From: Phyllobates terribilis
Lineage: Eukaryota
Assembly: GCF_046119375.1 (NCBI RefSeq)
Contig: NW_027362771.1
Location: forward strand, 24,862,001 to 24,926,000
Direction: 5' to 3'
Length of the DNA stretch: 64,000 bases
The notes beneath the pieces were generated by a model, which was not told the DNA's origin, ran no database searches, and saw only the letters and a list, made by a program, of their open reading frames with translations. This document shows positions 22,073 through 33,299 of the stretch, one piece after another; the first letter of the stretch is position 1, and each line of letters begins with the position of its first letter. Position numbers and translations under genes: made by a program.

Positions 22073-24806
22073 TGTGAGGCAGTGACCGGGTTCGTATACG
22101 AGGGACATTATTTATCCCCCAGAATGTGTACAGAGGCCTATTAAATCCATTGGAGTGCATTGCAGTCACAGACACAGCTGCGGCTGCAATGCAGGAATGA
22201 AGGTGAGCAATGACCTGGTCAGACTACCTGGCTAAGGCAGATTAAGTAAAACCCTGCAGGGCCTTCATTTCTTGTACCTTTCAAAAGGTACTGCAAATCA
22301 TGCCCCGAATGTCAGTTGACCTCACCCACCGCATGTTTCTGTAGCCCATTGGTATCCCTGCCAGTGATAGAGGTACCTTTTGAACAGATTGCAATGGATT
22401 TGGTTGGGCCCATTGTAAAATCCGCCCGTGGCCACCAACATATACTGGTGGTCGTCGACTATGCCACCCGGTACCCGGAGGCTATACCACTACGCCACAC
22501 CTCAGCAAAACTGATTGCATGGGAGCTGTTTGCCATGTTCTGTCGCCTTGGACTACCTAAGGAGATCCTAACGGATCAGGGGACCCCTTTTATGTCCAAA
22601 GTGACAAGGGAACTGTGCAAATTGCTAAAAATTAAACAATTGCGCACCTCGGTGTACCACCCTCAAACCGACGGGCTGCTTTACCATGTAAACCTGCTAA
22701 AGCCTTGGAAAGATAGAGAGTGTTTAGGTACAGATGTCACCCCGGGCATATCACCAGAGAGTTCTCTACCTTCAGCCAGGGAAGCTTCCGAGGGGGAGGT
22801 CAGGATAAGTGATGCCCTCACTAACAGCAGCGACGGGAGGCTCGCTCGCTGGTGCAGCACAATACCGACGTGTTCTCAGAGCTACCAGGTAGGACTACGG
22901 TTATCCAACATGACATTGTCACTGAACCTGGGGTAAGGGTGCGAATAAGACCGTACCGGGTACCCGAAGCCCGGAGGCAAGCCATCACGGCTGAGGTAAA
23001 ACAAATGCTTCAGTTAGGCGTCATAGAGGAATCACGGAGTGAGTGGGCTAGCCCCATCGTACTGATTCCGAAACCAGACGGATCGTTACGCTTCTGTAAC
23101 GATTTCCGGAAATTTAATGAAGTGTCAAAGTTTGACCTTTATCCAATGCCCAGGGTGGACGAGCTGATTGAGAGACTGGGGCAGGCCAGGTACTTTACCA
23201 CGCTCAATCTCACCAAGGGTTACTGGCAGGTACCTCTCACAGATTCGGCGAAGGAAAAGACCGCCTTCGTAACTCCGGAGGGTCTATACCACTATGTGGT
23301 CTTACCTTTCGGGTTACATGGGGCCCTGGCTACATTCCAGAGGTTGATGGAAATAGTGCTCAAGCCTCATCAGGAGTACGCGTCCGCGTATCTAGATGAT
23401 ATTATCATCTTTAGCACTGACTGGCATACGCACCTATCACAGGTACAAGCGGTGCTGGATTCTCTCAGACGAACCCCAAAAAATGTGCGATAGGGCTAGA
23501 GGAAGCCCGATATTTGGGGTATGTGATAGGCCGAGGAGCTATCAAGCCCCAAATCAATAAAGTTGAAGCCATAAAAAACTGGCCTAAACCGTCAAGTACA
23601 AAACAGGTGAGGGCGTTCCTTGGCATCCTTGGGTATTACCGCCGGTTCATACCTAATTTTGCTGGGCGAATGCGGCCCTGATCGATCTCTTGAAAGGAAA
23701 AAAATCGGTAATGGTTCGGTGGAACCCTCAGGCAGAAGAAGCTTTTCAGTCCATGAAGTTGGCTCTGTGTGGACAGCCGGTCCTCATCAGCCCCAACTTC
23801 AAGGAAACCTTCATTGTACAGACTGATGCCTCGGAGGTAGGCCTAGGGGCGGTATTGTCACAAAAAGTGAATGGTGAAGAGCACCCGGTCACCTACTTGA
23901 GTAGAAAACTTGTCCCGGCAGAGAAAAACTATAGCGTGGTAGAGAAGGAGTGTTTGGCTATTAAGTGAGCCTTGGAATCACTACGTTATTATTTACTCGG
24001 GCGTCAGTTCCGCTTGGTGACCGACCACTCACCCTTGGTATGGATGAGGAATGCCAAGGAGAGGAATGCGTGAGTCACCAGGTGGTTCCTGTCACTGCAA
24101 AATTTCAGTTTTTCTGTAGAACATCGCCCTGGGAAGTTACAAGCAAACGCGGATGCCCTGTCCCGGGCACCCTATATGGTGGCAAATGTTCAACCCCACA
24201 AGTTTGAACAGAGGGTGGGGGATATGTGAGACAGTGACCGGGATCGTATACGAGGGACGTTATATATCCCCCAGAATGTGTACAGAGACCTATTAAATCC
24301 GTTGGAGTGCATTGCAGTCACAGACACAGCTGCGGCTGCAATGCAGGAATGAAGGTGAGCAATGACTTGGTCAGACTAACCGGCTAAGGCAGATTAAGTA
24401 AAACCCTGCAGGGCCTTCATTTCTTGGAGGAGGTCACAGGAGGCAGTGGGGCGGCCTCCTCCCTCCAACCCGGGTTTTCCGGTGGCTCTTGCCACAGGTC
24501 CTTTAAAATCCCTGCACTAAGGATTAGTGGTGTTCTATGTTGGAACCTGCTAGGAGCACAGCAGGGAAGCTCAGCAGGATTGAGTGTGGCTGAACCACTG
24601 CCTGGGAAGGCCCTGTACCTGTCAGGCTCTGAGCGGCCCGGCGCGGCCGTTGTCCTCGGCAACCGTTGTTTATGGACTCATGTTAACCCGGCTAAGAACC
24701 GGAGGACTTTCTGCTTACCCGTGAGTTTCTGAATCAAGCTGTTTATGTTGGACTTGCTTGGGTCACTGCCTCAGTTACTGCACGGTGTGAACACCGCTGC
24801 CTTACA
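22073..24806 (+). mobile_element. Gmr1-like Gypsy LTR retrotransposon (integrase before RT), with gag and protease deleted
   Basis: 5' LTR remnant at 22073-~22270 and 3' LTR at 24225-24806 (TG...CA); PPT gagggtggggga; 4-bp TSD ACAT/ATAT with one mismatch. Order is INT (22316-22720), RT (22852-23493, YLDD), RNase H (23690-24170). Confidence 0.88.
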
Positions 24807-25240
24807 ATATATATTATAAATGCAAATACAGATCCCTACCAAGACCTTGAGGCTACAAAAGAGCATATCAAGGAATCAGAAAGTCCCTGTTAGCAATGTG
24901 GAAATCTATTATCTTTGTCCATGATTTATTTGTATTGCAATGTTCATCAACATCACACAGTGCTAACCACAGCTACCGACCAGATGCCATCCATATATAG
25001 AAAAAGAAAAAGTCCCACAGGTAAGTGACCACTGTAGAAATCTCTTCCCCTCGAAGATCCAAGACAGCTGAATAGCCCATCAATGTTGATTTCGATGTTG
25101 ATGAACATTGCACTACAAATAAATCACGGACAAAGATAATAGATTTCCACATTGCCAACAGGGACTTTCTGATTCCTTGATATGCTATTTTGTAGCCTCA
25201 AGGTCTTGGTAGGGATCTGTATTTGTATTTATAATATATA
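24807..25240. repeat. Head-to-head junction of the two PLE copies (visible arms 24807-24954 and 25094-25240)
   Basis: The arms are reverse complements and are separated by a ~140-bp spacer that belongs to the left copy. Confidence 0.88.
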
Positions 25241-25250
25241 TATATATGTA

Positions 25251-27071
25251 CACTGCTCAAAAAAATGAAGGGAACACTTAAACAACAGAATATAACTCCA
25301 AGTAAATCAAACTACTGTGAAATCAAACTGTAAACTTAGGAAGCAACACTGATTGACAATCAATTTCACATGCTGTTGTGCAAATGGAATAGACAATAGA
25401 TGGAAATTATTGGCAATTATCAAGACACCCTCAATAAAGCAGTGGTTCTGCAGATGGGGACCACAGACCACATTTCAGTACCAATACTTTCTGGCTGATG
25501 TTTTGGTCACTTTTGAATGTTGGTTGTGCTTTCATACTTGTGGTAGCATGAGACGAACTCTACAACCCACAGGAGTTGCTCAGGTAGTGCAGCTCATCCA
25601 GGATGGCACATCAATGTGAGCTGTGGCAAGAAGGTTTGCTGTGTCTGTCAGCGTAGTGTCTAGAGGCTGGAGACGCTATCAGGAGACAGGCCAGTACACC
25701 AGGAGACGTGGAGGGGGCCGTAGGAGGGCAACAACCCAGCAGCAGGACCGCTACCTCCACCTTTGTGCAAGGAAGAATGGGAGGAGTACTTCCAGAGCCC
25801 TGCAAAATGAACTCCAGCAGGCCATAATTGTGCATGTGTCTGCACAAACGGTTAGAAACCGACTCCATGAGGGTGGTGTGAGGGCCCGATGTCCACAGAT
25901 GGGGGTTGTGCTCACAGCCCAACACCATGCAGGATGCTTGGCATTTGCCACAGAACACCAGGATTGGCGCCACTGGTGCCCTGTGCTCTTCACAGATGAA
26001 AGCAGGTTTACACTGAGAACATGTGAGAGACGTAACAGAGTCTGGAGATGCCGTGGAGAGCGATCTGCTGCCTGCAGCAACATCCTTCAGCATGACCGGT
26101 TTGGCAGTGGGTCAGTAATGGTGTGGGGTGGCATTTCTTTGGAGGGCCGCACAGCCCTCCATGTGCTCGCCAGAGGTAGCCTGACTGCCGTTAGGTACCG
26201 ATGTGAGATCCTCAGAACCCTTGTGAGACCATATGCTGGTGCGGTTGGCCCTGGGTTCCTCTAATACAGGACAATGCCAGAACTCATGTGGCTGGAGTGT
26301 GTCAGCAGTTCCTGCAAGATGAAGGCATTGAAGCTATGGACTGGCCCGCCCGTTCCCAGACCTGAATCCGATTGAGCACATCTGGGACATCATGTCTCGT
26401 TCCATCCACCAACGTCACGTTGCACCACAGACTGTCCAGGAGTTGGCGGCTGCTTTAGTCCAGGTCTGGGAGGAGATCCCACAGGAGACGATCCGCAACC
26501 TCATCAGGAGCATGCCCAGGCATGGTAGGGAGGTCATACAGGCACGTGGAGGCCACACACAATACTGACCCTCATTTTGACTTGTTTTAAGGACATTACA
26601 TCAAAGTTGGATTAGCCTGTAGTGTGTTTTTCCACTTTAATTTTGGGGGTGACTCCAAATCCATTCCTCCATTGGTTAATAAATTTGATTTCCATTGATG
26701 ATTTTTGTGTGATTTTGTTGTCAGCACATTCAAGTTTTTTCAAAATTGAAGACCATGTTTCAGCAAATAAACCTTCACTATTTTTTGTGGGGCCATTTGT
26801 GCTGGGGGCTTGAGTTACCCCTTTTTTTCAATCTTGTACATGAACATTTGTGTGCTGTACTCCGTATGTAACTTTATTGATCTTTCATCGACCTATAACT
26901 AATAAAGATTGTATTTTTTACTCTTTGAAATACATTGTGGGCCTTTATGTTGCATATTTTCTCTTGTATTTCTACAATCAATTTTGTGCAGAGCAAAGTA
27001 TTCAATGAGAATAATTCATTCATTCAGATCTAGGATGTGTGATTTGAGTGTTCCCATTATTTTTTTGAGCA

Positions 27072-27074
<3 letters not shown>
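25251..27074 (+). mobile_element. Tc1 family C, degenerate
   Basis: TIR CACTGCTCAAAAAAAT, TA flanks, and transposase remnant at 25615-26570 (FTDESRF, QDNA, PDLNPIEHIW) with stops and frameshifts. Confidence 0.9.
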
Positions 27075-27119
<45 letters not shown>

Positions 27120-28139
27120 TATATACAGTACAGACCAAAAGTTTTGGACACACCTCATTTAAAGATTTTAATGACTATGAAAATTGTACACTCACACTGA
27201 AGGCATCAAAACTATGAATTAACACATGTGGAATAATATACTTAACAAAAAAGTGTGAAACAACTGAAAATATGTCTTATATTCTAGGTTCTTCAAAGTA
27301 GCCACCTTTTGCTTTGATGACTGCTTTGCACACTCTTGGCATTCTCTTGATGAGCTTCAAGAGGTAGTCACTGGAAATGGTCTTCCAACAATTTGAAGGA
27401 GTTCCCAGAGATGCTTAGCACTTGTTGGCCCTTTTGCCTTCACTCTGCGGTCCAGCTCACCCCAAGCCATCTCGATCGGGTTCAGGTCTGGTGACTGTGG
27501 AGGCTAGGTCATCTGGCGTAGCACCCCATCACTCTCCTTCTTGGTCAAATAGCCCTTACACAACCTGGAGGTGTGTTATGGGTCATTGTCCTGTTGAAAA
27601 ATAAATGATGGTCCAACTAAACGCAAACCGGATGGAATAGCATGCCGCTGCAAGATGCTGTGGTAGCCATGCTGGTTCAGTATGCCTTCAATTTTGAATA
27701 AATCCCCAACAGTGTCACCAGCAAAGCACCCCCACACCATCACACCTCCTCCTCCATGCTTCACGGTGGGAACCAGGCATGTAGAGTCCATCCGTTCACC
27801 TTTTCTGTGTCGCACAAAGACACGGTGGTTGGAACCAAAGATCTCAAATTTAGATTCATCAGACCGAAGCACAGATTTCCACTGGTCTAATGTCCATTCC
27901 TTGTGTTCTTTAGTCAAATTTGGACTCATCAGTAGAGATGAGCATTGTTCGACTCGAACTGTTCGCCAATCTCAAATTCGAGCTGTTTTGGGCGGTGTTC
28001 GAGCCGTTCGGCGAACACGAATGATTTGAAAAAAATTCGGCTGTTCGAGGTTATGTTCGATAACTGTTCGTGCACCAAAATCATAACTGGATTTTTTCTC
28101 AGTAATGATGAAAATTAATGTTAATACACAGTTTGAGTG

Positions 28140-28420
28140 TACAGCGGGGCGGGGGGAGGGGCAGGGGATGGATCTCTGCAGGAATAATGAAGATCTCCAT
28201 TTTTTTTTTCTCTTTCCCGCATTTACAGTGGGGAGGTGCAATCTGTCAGCCTATCAGCAGCGCACACACGGAGCGAAGTGCTTTTTTTCACACAAGCAAG
28301 GGCATGTGTCATTGGCAGTGTATGTCACATGTCCTTGCCCTATAAGATCCAGCCATTTTCCCCGTCGCCACCATTTTCTCACTGCTGCAGCTGCGTGTTA
28401 GGCGGCACCGCTGTTGCTGT
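28140..28420 (+). promoter_or_regulatory. Possible transposase promoter
   Basis: A GC-box-like G tract at 28145-28165, cctataag at about 28339, and two GCCATTTT/CCATTTT (YY1-like) motifs downstream. Motif-based only. Confidence 0.3.
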
Positions 28421-28829
28421 GTGCGCTATACCTTGTTAAGTTCAAGCCAATTTTCGCACAAATCTACAGATAGCTTGGGAGTATGGAACAGTTGTGATTG
28501 CAGTCCTTTTAAGGACTAGGTTACAGCATTTCCTACGACTTTTATCAGGCAGGTCTGTGCTCTTAAATAGATAGGTTGAGGGAGTAAAGACTAATTGTAG
28601 TTGCAGTCCTTTTCAGGACTAAGTTACATCAGTTCCTATCAGTTTGAGCCAGGCAGGTCTGTGCCAGTGCTGTGCAAGTTTTTTCACAGCATTTGGCTGA
28701 ATCTAGCAAAGCTAATCCTTTTTGGCCTATTGCAGAGTGTGTTAGTCAGTGGAGTAGCCTATCTGTGCTGCAAGCTATACCACCTGTGTATAGAATACCA
28801 ATTTTTTTACTGCACCTAGAGAAGTAAAA

Positions 28830-29180
28830 CCTTTTGGGCATAGCATCATTCTATTAGTCCATCTATACTGACCTCCATAAGGTTGCCAACTGAATATAAT
28901 TTTTTTTCTGCATTTACCTCTGAAAAAATATTTGGGCTTCTAGCTGTGTGTGGGAATTGTTCTATTAATCCATCTATACTGACCTCCATCAGGTTGCAAA
29001 TAGAATATAATATTTTTCTGCATCTAGCTCTGAAAAAAATATTTGGCCTTCTTGCAGTGTGTGGGACTTGTTCTATTAGTCCATCTATACTGACCTCCAT
29101 CAGGTTGCAAACTGAATATAATTTTTTTCTGCATCTAGCTCTGAAAAAATATTTGGCCTTCTAGTAGTGTGTGGGACTAA
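28830..29180. repeat. ~112-bp tandem array (about 3 copies) upstream of the transposase; a related array lies at 33020-33290
   Basis: tctattag(t/g)ccatctatact(g/a)a(c/g)ctccat/cca recurs at about 28850, 28962, 29073, 33097 and 33207. Confidence 0.85.
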
Positions 29181-29295
29181 CCCAGACAATAGTTTTGGCC
29201 TAATACCACAGTTTGGCCACTCAGCTCTGCTCGGTTCCCATCCATTGTTTTTTTGTGCAAACAACTCCAGAGTTGTGAATTAGTTAACCACCAAA

Positions 29296-32200
29296 ATGAG
29301 TGGAAAAAGGCCTGCTGCTGGTGGAAAGGGGAATAGGCATGTTGGGAAGTGGAAAAAGGGTTGTGTCCGTGGAGTAGGTGTTAAAGCAACAGTAACATCT
29401 GCAGAAGAAAGACCATCTTCCAGCAAAACTAAAATGTCTGCTTCTTTTAGCGGACAATGTGATAAGATCCCTTTCTTACGGCCACGCCAATCGCTACAAA
29501 TTCCAGATTTTCAACGGATATCAATTGCTCCTTTAAGTGGGCTCAACTCCACATCAACTTCAACATCACAAATACTCCAGTCCTCAGAGGTGTCACCCCA
29601 ATCGCACTTGCTTCCTCACAGCTCCCAAATCTCCAGCTGCCTGTCTGAGTATGAGGTAGAACAGATGGTTGAGTCTGCAGAGCTGTTTACTCATACTATA
29701 GCCTGGGAATCAGAGGTCGGCTCCAGCGCTTCTGTGAATCCAGACGAGGAAATGATCTGCACTGATGCCCAGAATCTTTATGAGTCGGATCCAGGACCAG
29801 ACGCAGAAGGTTCTGACCATAATGTAGACCCTCATTCCCAAACTGTAACTCCTGTTGGTGGAGACAAAGAGGAAGACGATGATGAGACTCAAATACCTGA
29901 TTGGAGCGACAACTTTAGTTTTTTGTCAGGGCAGGAACAGGTTGGCTCTGAGGACGACGGGTGTGATAACGCACAGGGTGATGATGATGAGGTTGGAGAT
30001 CCCACTTACTGTCAACCCACAGTCAGCCAAGAGATGAGGTCAGCAGAGGAGGTGGAGGAGGATGCTAGTGACGACGAGTTCAGGTTGCGCCTTCCTGGAC
30101 AGAGACGTAGTACTGGAAGCACGTCAACAACTGCATCCTCAAACACAACTCTGCCTCTGACCACAAGTCGTGGTGGCTCTTCAGGTCGCATGGGTGCTAA
30201 GCCTTGCATGGCCTGGGCATTTTTTCAGATCGATAAAGATGACCCAACTCGTGTTATCTGTAACATTTGTCAACAAAAGCTAAGTAGAGGCCAAAAAATA
30301 CATAGTTTGAGTACTTCATGCATGAACCGGCACATGGACATGAAGCATAAGTTGCAGTGGGAAGCTCACTGTGCTACAATGCGGCCTAGCCGGCCGGGCC
30401 AACCACCGTCTGCCCCACCTTGTGCATCTGCGGCCTCTTCATCCTCTGTGACTGGGGGGACAGCAGTCACACCTGTTTTGGGGCGCAGACCTGCCACCTC
30501 TTTACCCGCAACAGCCAGCGTGATTGGCAGGTCATCATTTTCTTTGGAGGTGGTAACACCTGCTGGTGTTGAGCGCTGTCCGACATCGATAGCACCACCT
30601 TTGGATCAAGGCAACCTAACATGTCCGCCTGCATCTTCCTCACAGACCGGCAGTTTGCCGGGGACACCCTTATCAACCCCGTCTAAGCACAACAGCCAGC
30701 CCTCAGTCCCTCAGATGTGGACAAGTAAAAGACCATTTCCTCCTAGCCATGAGAAAGCTAAGAGGTTGAATTTCACCATCTGGAAGCTCTTGGCTACAGA
30801 AATGATGCCTTTCCGCCTGGTGGACACAGAGGATTTTCGAGACCTTATGTCCGTCGCAGTGCCCCAGTATCAGATACCCAGTCGGCACTACTTCTCAAAG
30901 AAACGTGTGCCTGTGCTCCACCAGCATGTCGCACACAACAACACCGCTTCTTTGAGAAACTCTGTGTGTGACAGGGTGCATTTCACCACATACACTTGGA
31001 CGAGTAGGCATGGACAGGGGCGTTACATGTCGCTGACTGGGCACTGGGTAACTATGGTGACAGCAGGACAAGGGGCTGCTGTCCAAGTCTTGCCGTCCCC
31101 ACGAGTTGTGCATCAATCCTCTTTATATAGAAGTTCCTCCCCTGCTTCTGCCTCCTCAACCTCCTCTCGGTCCTCCACCTGCACCCAAAGCCTGTCTGGT
31201 CATGCCACAAGCTTTCTAACTGCGCACAAGGGATCCTGCACACCTCCTTACTATGCTCGCAGTAGGGCTCAACGTCATCAGGCAGTTTTTACTTTGAAAT
31301 GTCTGGGAAATGTGAGTCACACAGCTGAGGAGTTGTGGTCAGCTCTGGAGAACCAATTTCATGAATGGTTGTCTCCACTGGACCTGAAACCAGGGAAGGC
31401 CGTGTGCGACAATGCTGCAAACCTGGGTGTGGCCCTTCGCCGGGGCAATGTCACACACGTGCCTTGTATGGCTCACGTGTTAAACCTGGTTGTCCAGCAA
31501 TTTTTAGCCCCATATCCCGGACTAGATGGCCTTCTGCAGAGTGTATGGTCGCTGTGTGTTCACTTCCGCTGTTCGCATCCCGCAGCTCAGCGACTTACAT
31601 CTCTACAGAAGTCGTTGGGCCTGCCACTTCACCGGCTAAAATGCGATGTGCCTACCCGGTGGAAGTCAACTCTGCACATGTTCCAGCGACTGTGGCAGCA
31701 CCGACAAGCCCTGGTGCAATACGTTCTGACGTATAGCCTGGGCCAACGGGATCCAGAGGTGGGGCAAATCACGCTGGAGGAGTGGTCTCAGATCAGGGAC
31801 CTATGCGCCCTTCTGCACAGTTTTGAAATGGCGACGAAGATGTTTAGTGCTGACGATGCCATTATCAGCATGACTATTCCGGTGATTTACATGCTGGAGC
31901 ACATGTTAAACAGAATTCGGAGTCAGGTGGTGGCACAAGAGGAGGTGGAGGAAGTAGAGGAGGAGGAGTTGTATGCGGAAGGGCTAACATCTGCAAGGTC
32001 CAGACGGTCGGCAGCACCAAGGCGGCAGGCATGTGAGGGTGGGGGAGATGGTTTTACCAGGGCGCATGGTAGCAGCCAAACTAGTGAGGAAGGTGCAGGA
32101 GCCCAGGAAGCAGTGGAGGACAAACTGATGGAAGACTCATCAGATGAGGGAGACCATGATCACATTTCTGTTGTGCGAGGTTGGGGGGAGAGGACAGAGG

Positions 32201-32976
32201 AAGGAAGCATGATTGTTACCTCGCCACCAACACAACAGGGACTTGGTGCTCCTGGATGCGCAAGACACATGAGTGCCTTCTTGCTGCACTACCTGCAACA
32301 TGACCCTCGAATTGGAAGAATTAGAAATAATCCTGACTACTGGGTTGCCACACTGTTAGATCCCCGGTACAAAAGTAAATTTGCAGAAATAATTCCTGCC
32401 ATAGAAAGGGATGCACGCATGCAGGAGTATCAGCAGAGACTGTTGCAGAATCTTACATGTGCTCTTCCACAAAACACCAGTGGTGCACGTAGTGAATCTC
32501 ACAGTTCCAACTTGCCAACCGTGGGACCGTTGAGTGTTCAGCACTCAAACCGTAACAGAAACGCAGTGTCTGCTGGTAACATCAATTTTGCGGAATCATT
32601 TCACCACTTTTTTAGCTCATCCTTTGCAAGGCCACAGGAGACAAGAAGTCTGACACATAGTCAACGCCTAGAGACGATGGTACAGGAGTATCTCCAAGTA
32701 AACATTGAAGCCATGACTGTGTCACTGGACCATTGCTCTTTTTGGGCTTCCAATCTGGATAAATGGCCGGAGCTCGCCACTTACGCCTTGGAGATCTTGT
32801 CATGCCCCGCAGCCAGCATTCTGTCTGAACGTGTGTTCAGCGCTGCTGGTGGTGTGCTGACAGATAAGCGCACGCGACTCTCCACTGATAATGTAGACAG
32901 ACTCACGTTCATAAAGATGAACAAATCATGGATCCGAAATGACTTTTCTACCCCTGTGTCATCCTGGGGACAGTAA
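29296..32976 (+). CDS. hAT (Ac/ZBED-like) transposase, 1226 aa, intronless; the first catalytic Asp reads as Tyr
   Basis: BED finger (WAFF...CNIC...RHMDMKH), HFTT[Y]TWTS at the usual TTDxWTS position, VCDNAAN, CMAHVLNL (CxxH), DVPTRWKST, SILSERVFSAAG and a C-terminal dimerisation region. Confidence 0.93.
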   Translation: MSGKRPAAGGKGNRHVGKWKKGCVRGVGVKATVTSAEERPSSSKTKMSASFSGQCDKIPFLRPRQSLQIPDFQRISIAPLSGLNSTSTSTSQILQSSEVSPQSHLLPHSSQISSCLSEYEVEQMVESAELFTHTIAWESEVGSSASVNPDEEMICTDAQNLYESDPGPDAEGSDHNVDPHSQTVTPVGGDKEEDDDETQIPDWSDNFSFLSGQEQVGSEDDGCDNAQGDDDEVGDPTYCQPTVSQEMRSAEEVEEDASDDEFRLRLPGQRRSTGSTSTTASSNTTLPLTTSRGGSSGRMGAKPCMAWAFFQIDKDDPTRVICNICQQKLSRGQKIHSLSTSCMNRHMDMKHKLQWEAHCATMRPSRPGQPPSAPPCASAASSSSVTGGTAVTPVLGRRPATSLPATASVIGRSSFSLEVVTPAGVERCPTSIAPPLDQGNLTCPPASSSQTGSLPGTPLSTPSKHNSQPSVPQMWTSKRPFPPSHEKAKRLNFTIWKLLATEMMPFRLVDTEDFRDLMSVAVPQYQIPSRHYFSKKRVPVLHQHVAHNNTASLRNSVCDRVHFTTYTWTSRHGQGRYMSLTGHWVTMVTAGQGAAVQVLPSPRVVHQSSLYRSSSPASASSTSSRSSTCTQSLSGHATSFLTAHKGSCTPPYYARSRAQRHQAVFTLKCLGNVSHTAEELWSALENQFHEWLSPLDLKPGKAVCDNAANLGVALRRGNVTHVPCMAHVLNLVVQQFLAPYPGLDGLLQSVWSLCVHFRCSHPAAQRLTSLQKSLGLPLHRLKCDVPTRWKSTLHMFQRLWQHRQALVQYVLTYSLGQRDPEVGQITLEEWSQIRDLCALLHSFEMATKMFSADDAIISMTIPVIYMLEHMLNRIRSQVVAQEEVEEVEEEELYAEGLTSARSRRSAAPRRQACEGGGDGFTRAHGSSQTSEEGAGAQEAVEDKLMEDSSDEGDHDHISVVRGWGERTEEGSMIVTSPPTQQGLGAPGCARHMSAFLLHYLQHDPRIGRIRNNPDYWVATLLDPRYKSKFAEIIPAIERDARMQEYQQRLLQNLTCALPQNTSGARSESHSSNLPTVGPLSVQHSNRNRNAVSAGNINFAESFHHFFSSSFARPQETRSLTHSQRLETMVQEYLQVNIEAMTVSLDHCSFWASNLDKWPELATYALEILSCPAASILSERVFSAAGGVLTDKRTRLSTDNVDRLTFIKMNKSWIRNDFSTPVSSWGQ

Positions 32977-33299
32977 AAGCTTGATGATTGGTTAAAATCA
33001 CCTCACCAACCGTTTTAAGCTTTCAAATTACTAATCATGTTTATCTGTATCTTGGCTGGAAAATAATTTGGGCTTTTTAGCAGTGTGCAGTACTGAGTCT
33101 ATTAGGCCATCTATACTAAGCTCCACCAGATTAAAAATTACTAATCATGTTTATCTGTATCTTGGCTGGAAAATAGTTTGGGCTTTGTAGCAGTGTGCAG
33201 TACTGTTTCTATTAGGCCATCTATACTAAGCTCCACCAGATTTAAAATTAATAATAATTTTTAGCTGCATCTAGCCCGGAAAATAATTTTGGGGCTCCG

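Larger units (their letters stand above)
1895..25085 (-). mobile_element. Full-length Penelope-like element (PLE), pLTR-ORF-pLTR, fragmented by nested insertions
   Basis: ORF remnants at 20765->15635 encode a PLE RT (PADKGG, FYIIPKVHK, RPIVAS, DVESLYTSI) and the C-terminal part of a GIY-YIG domain. The 3' pLTR (12460-12183 plus 3120-1895) is a direct repeat of the 5' pLTR (25085-24807 plus 22072-20875). Confidence 0.85.
20875..25085 (-). repeat. PLE 5' pseudo-LTR, interrupted at its TA tract by a Gmr1-like element
   Basis: Direct repeat of 1895-3120 plus 12183-12460. Confidence 0.88.

Noticed and set aside
29296-32976. Domesticated host ZBED gene
   Set aside because: The ORF lies inside intact TIRs with a perfect TSD within another transposon, and mobile relatives are nearby. 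No gene symbol was assigned.
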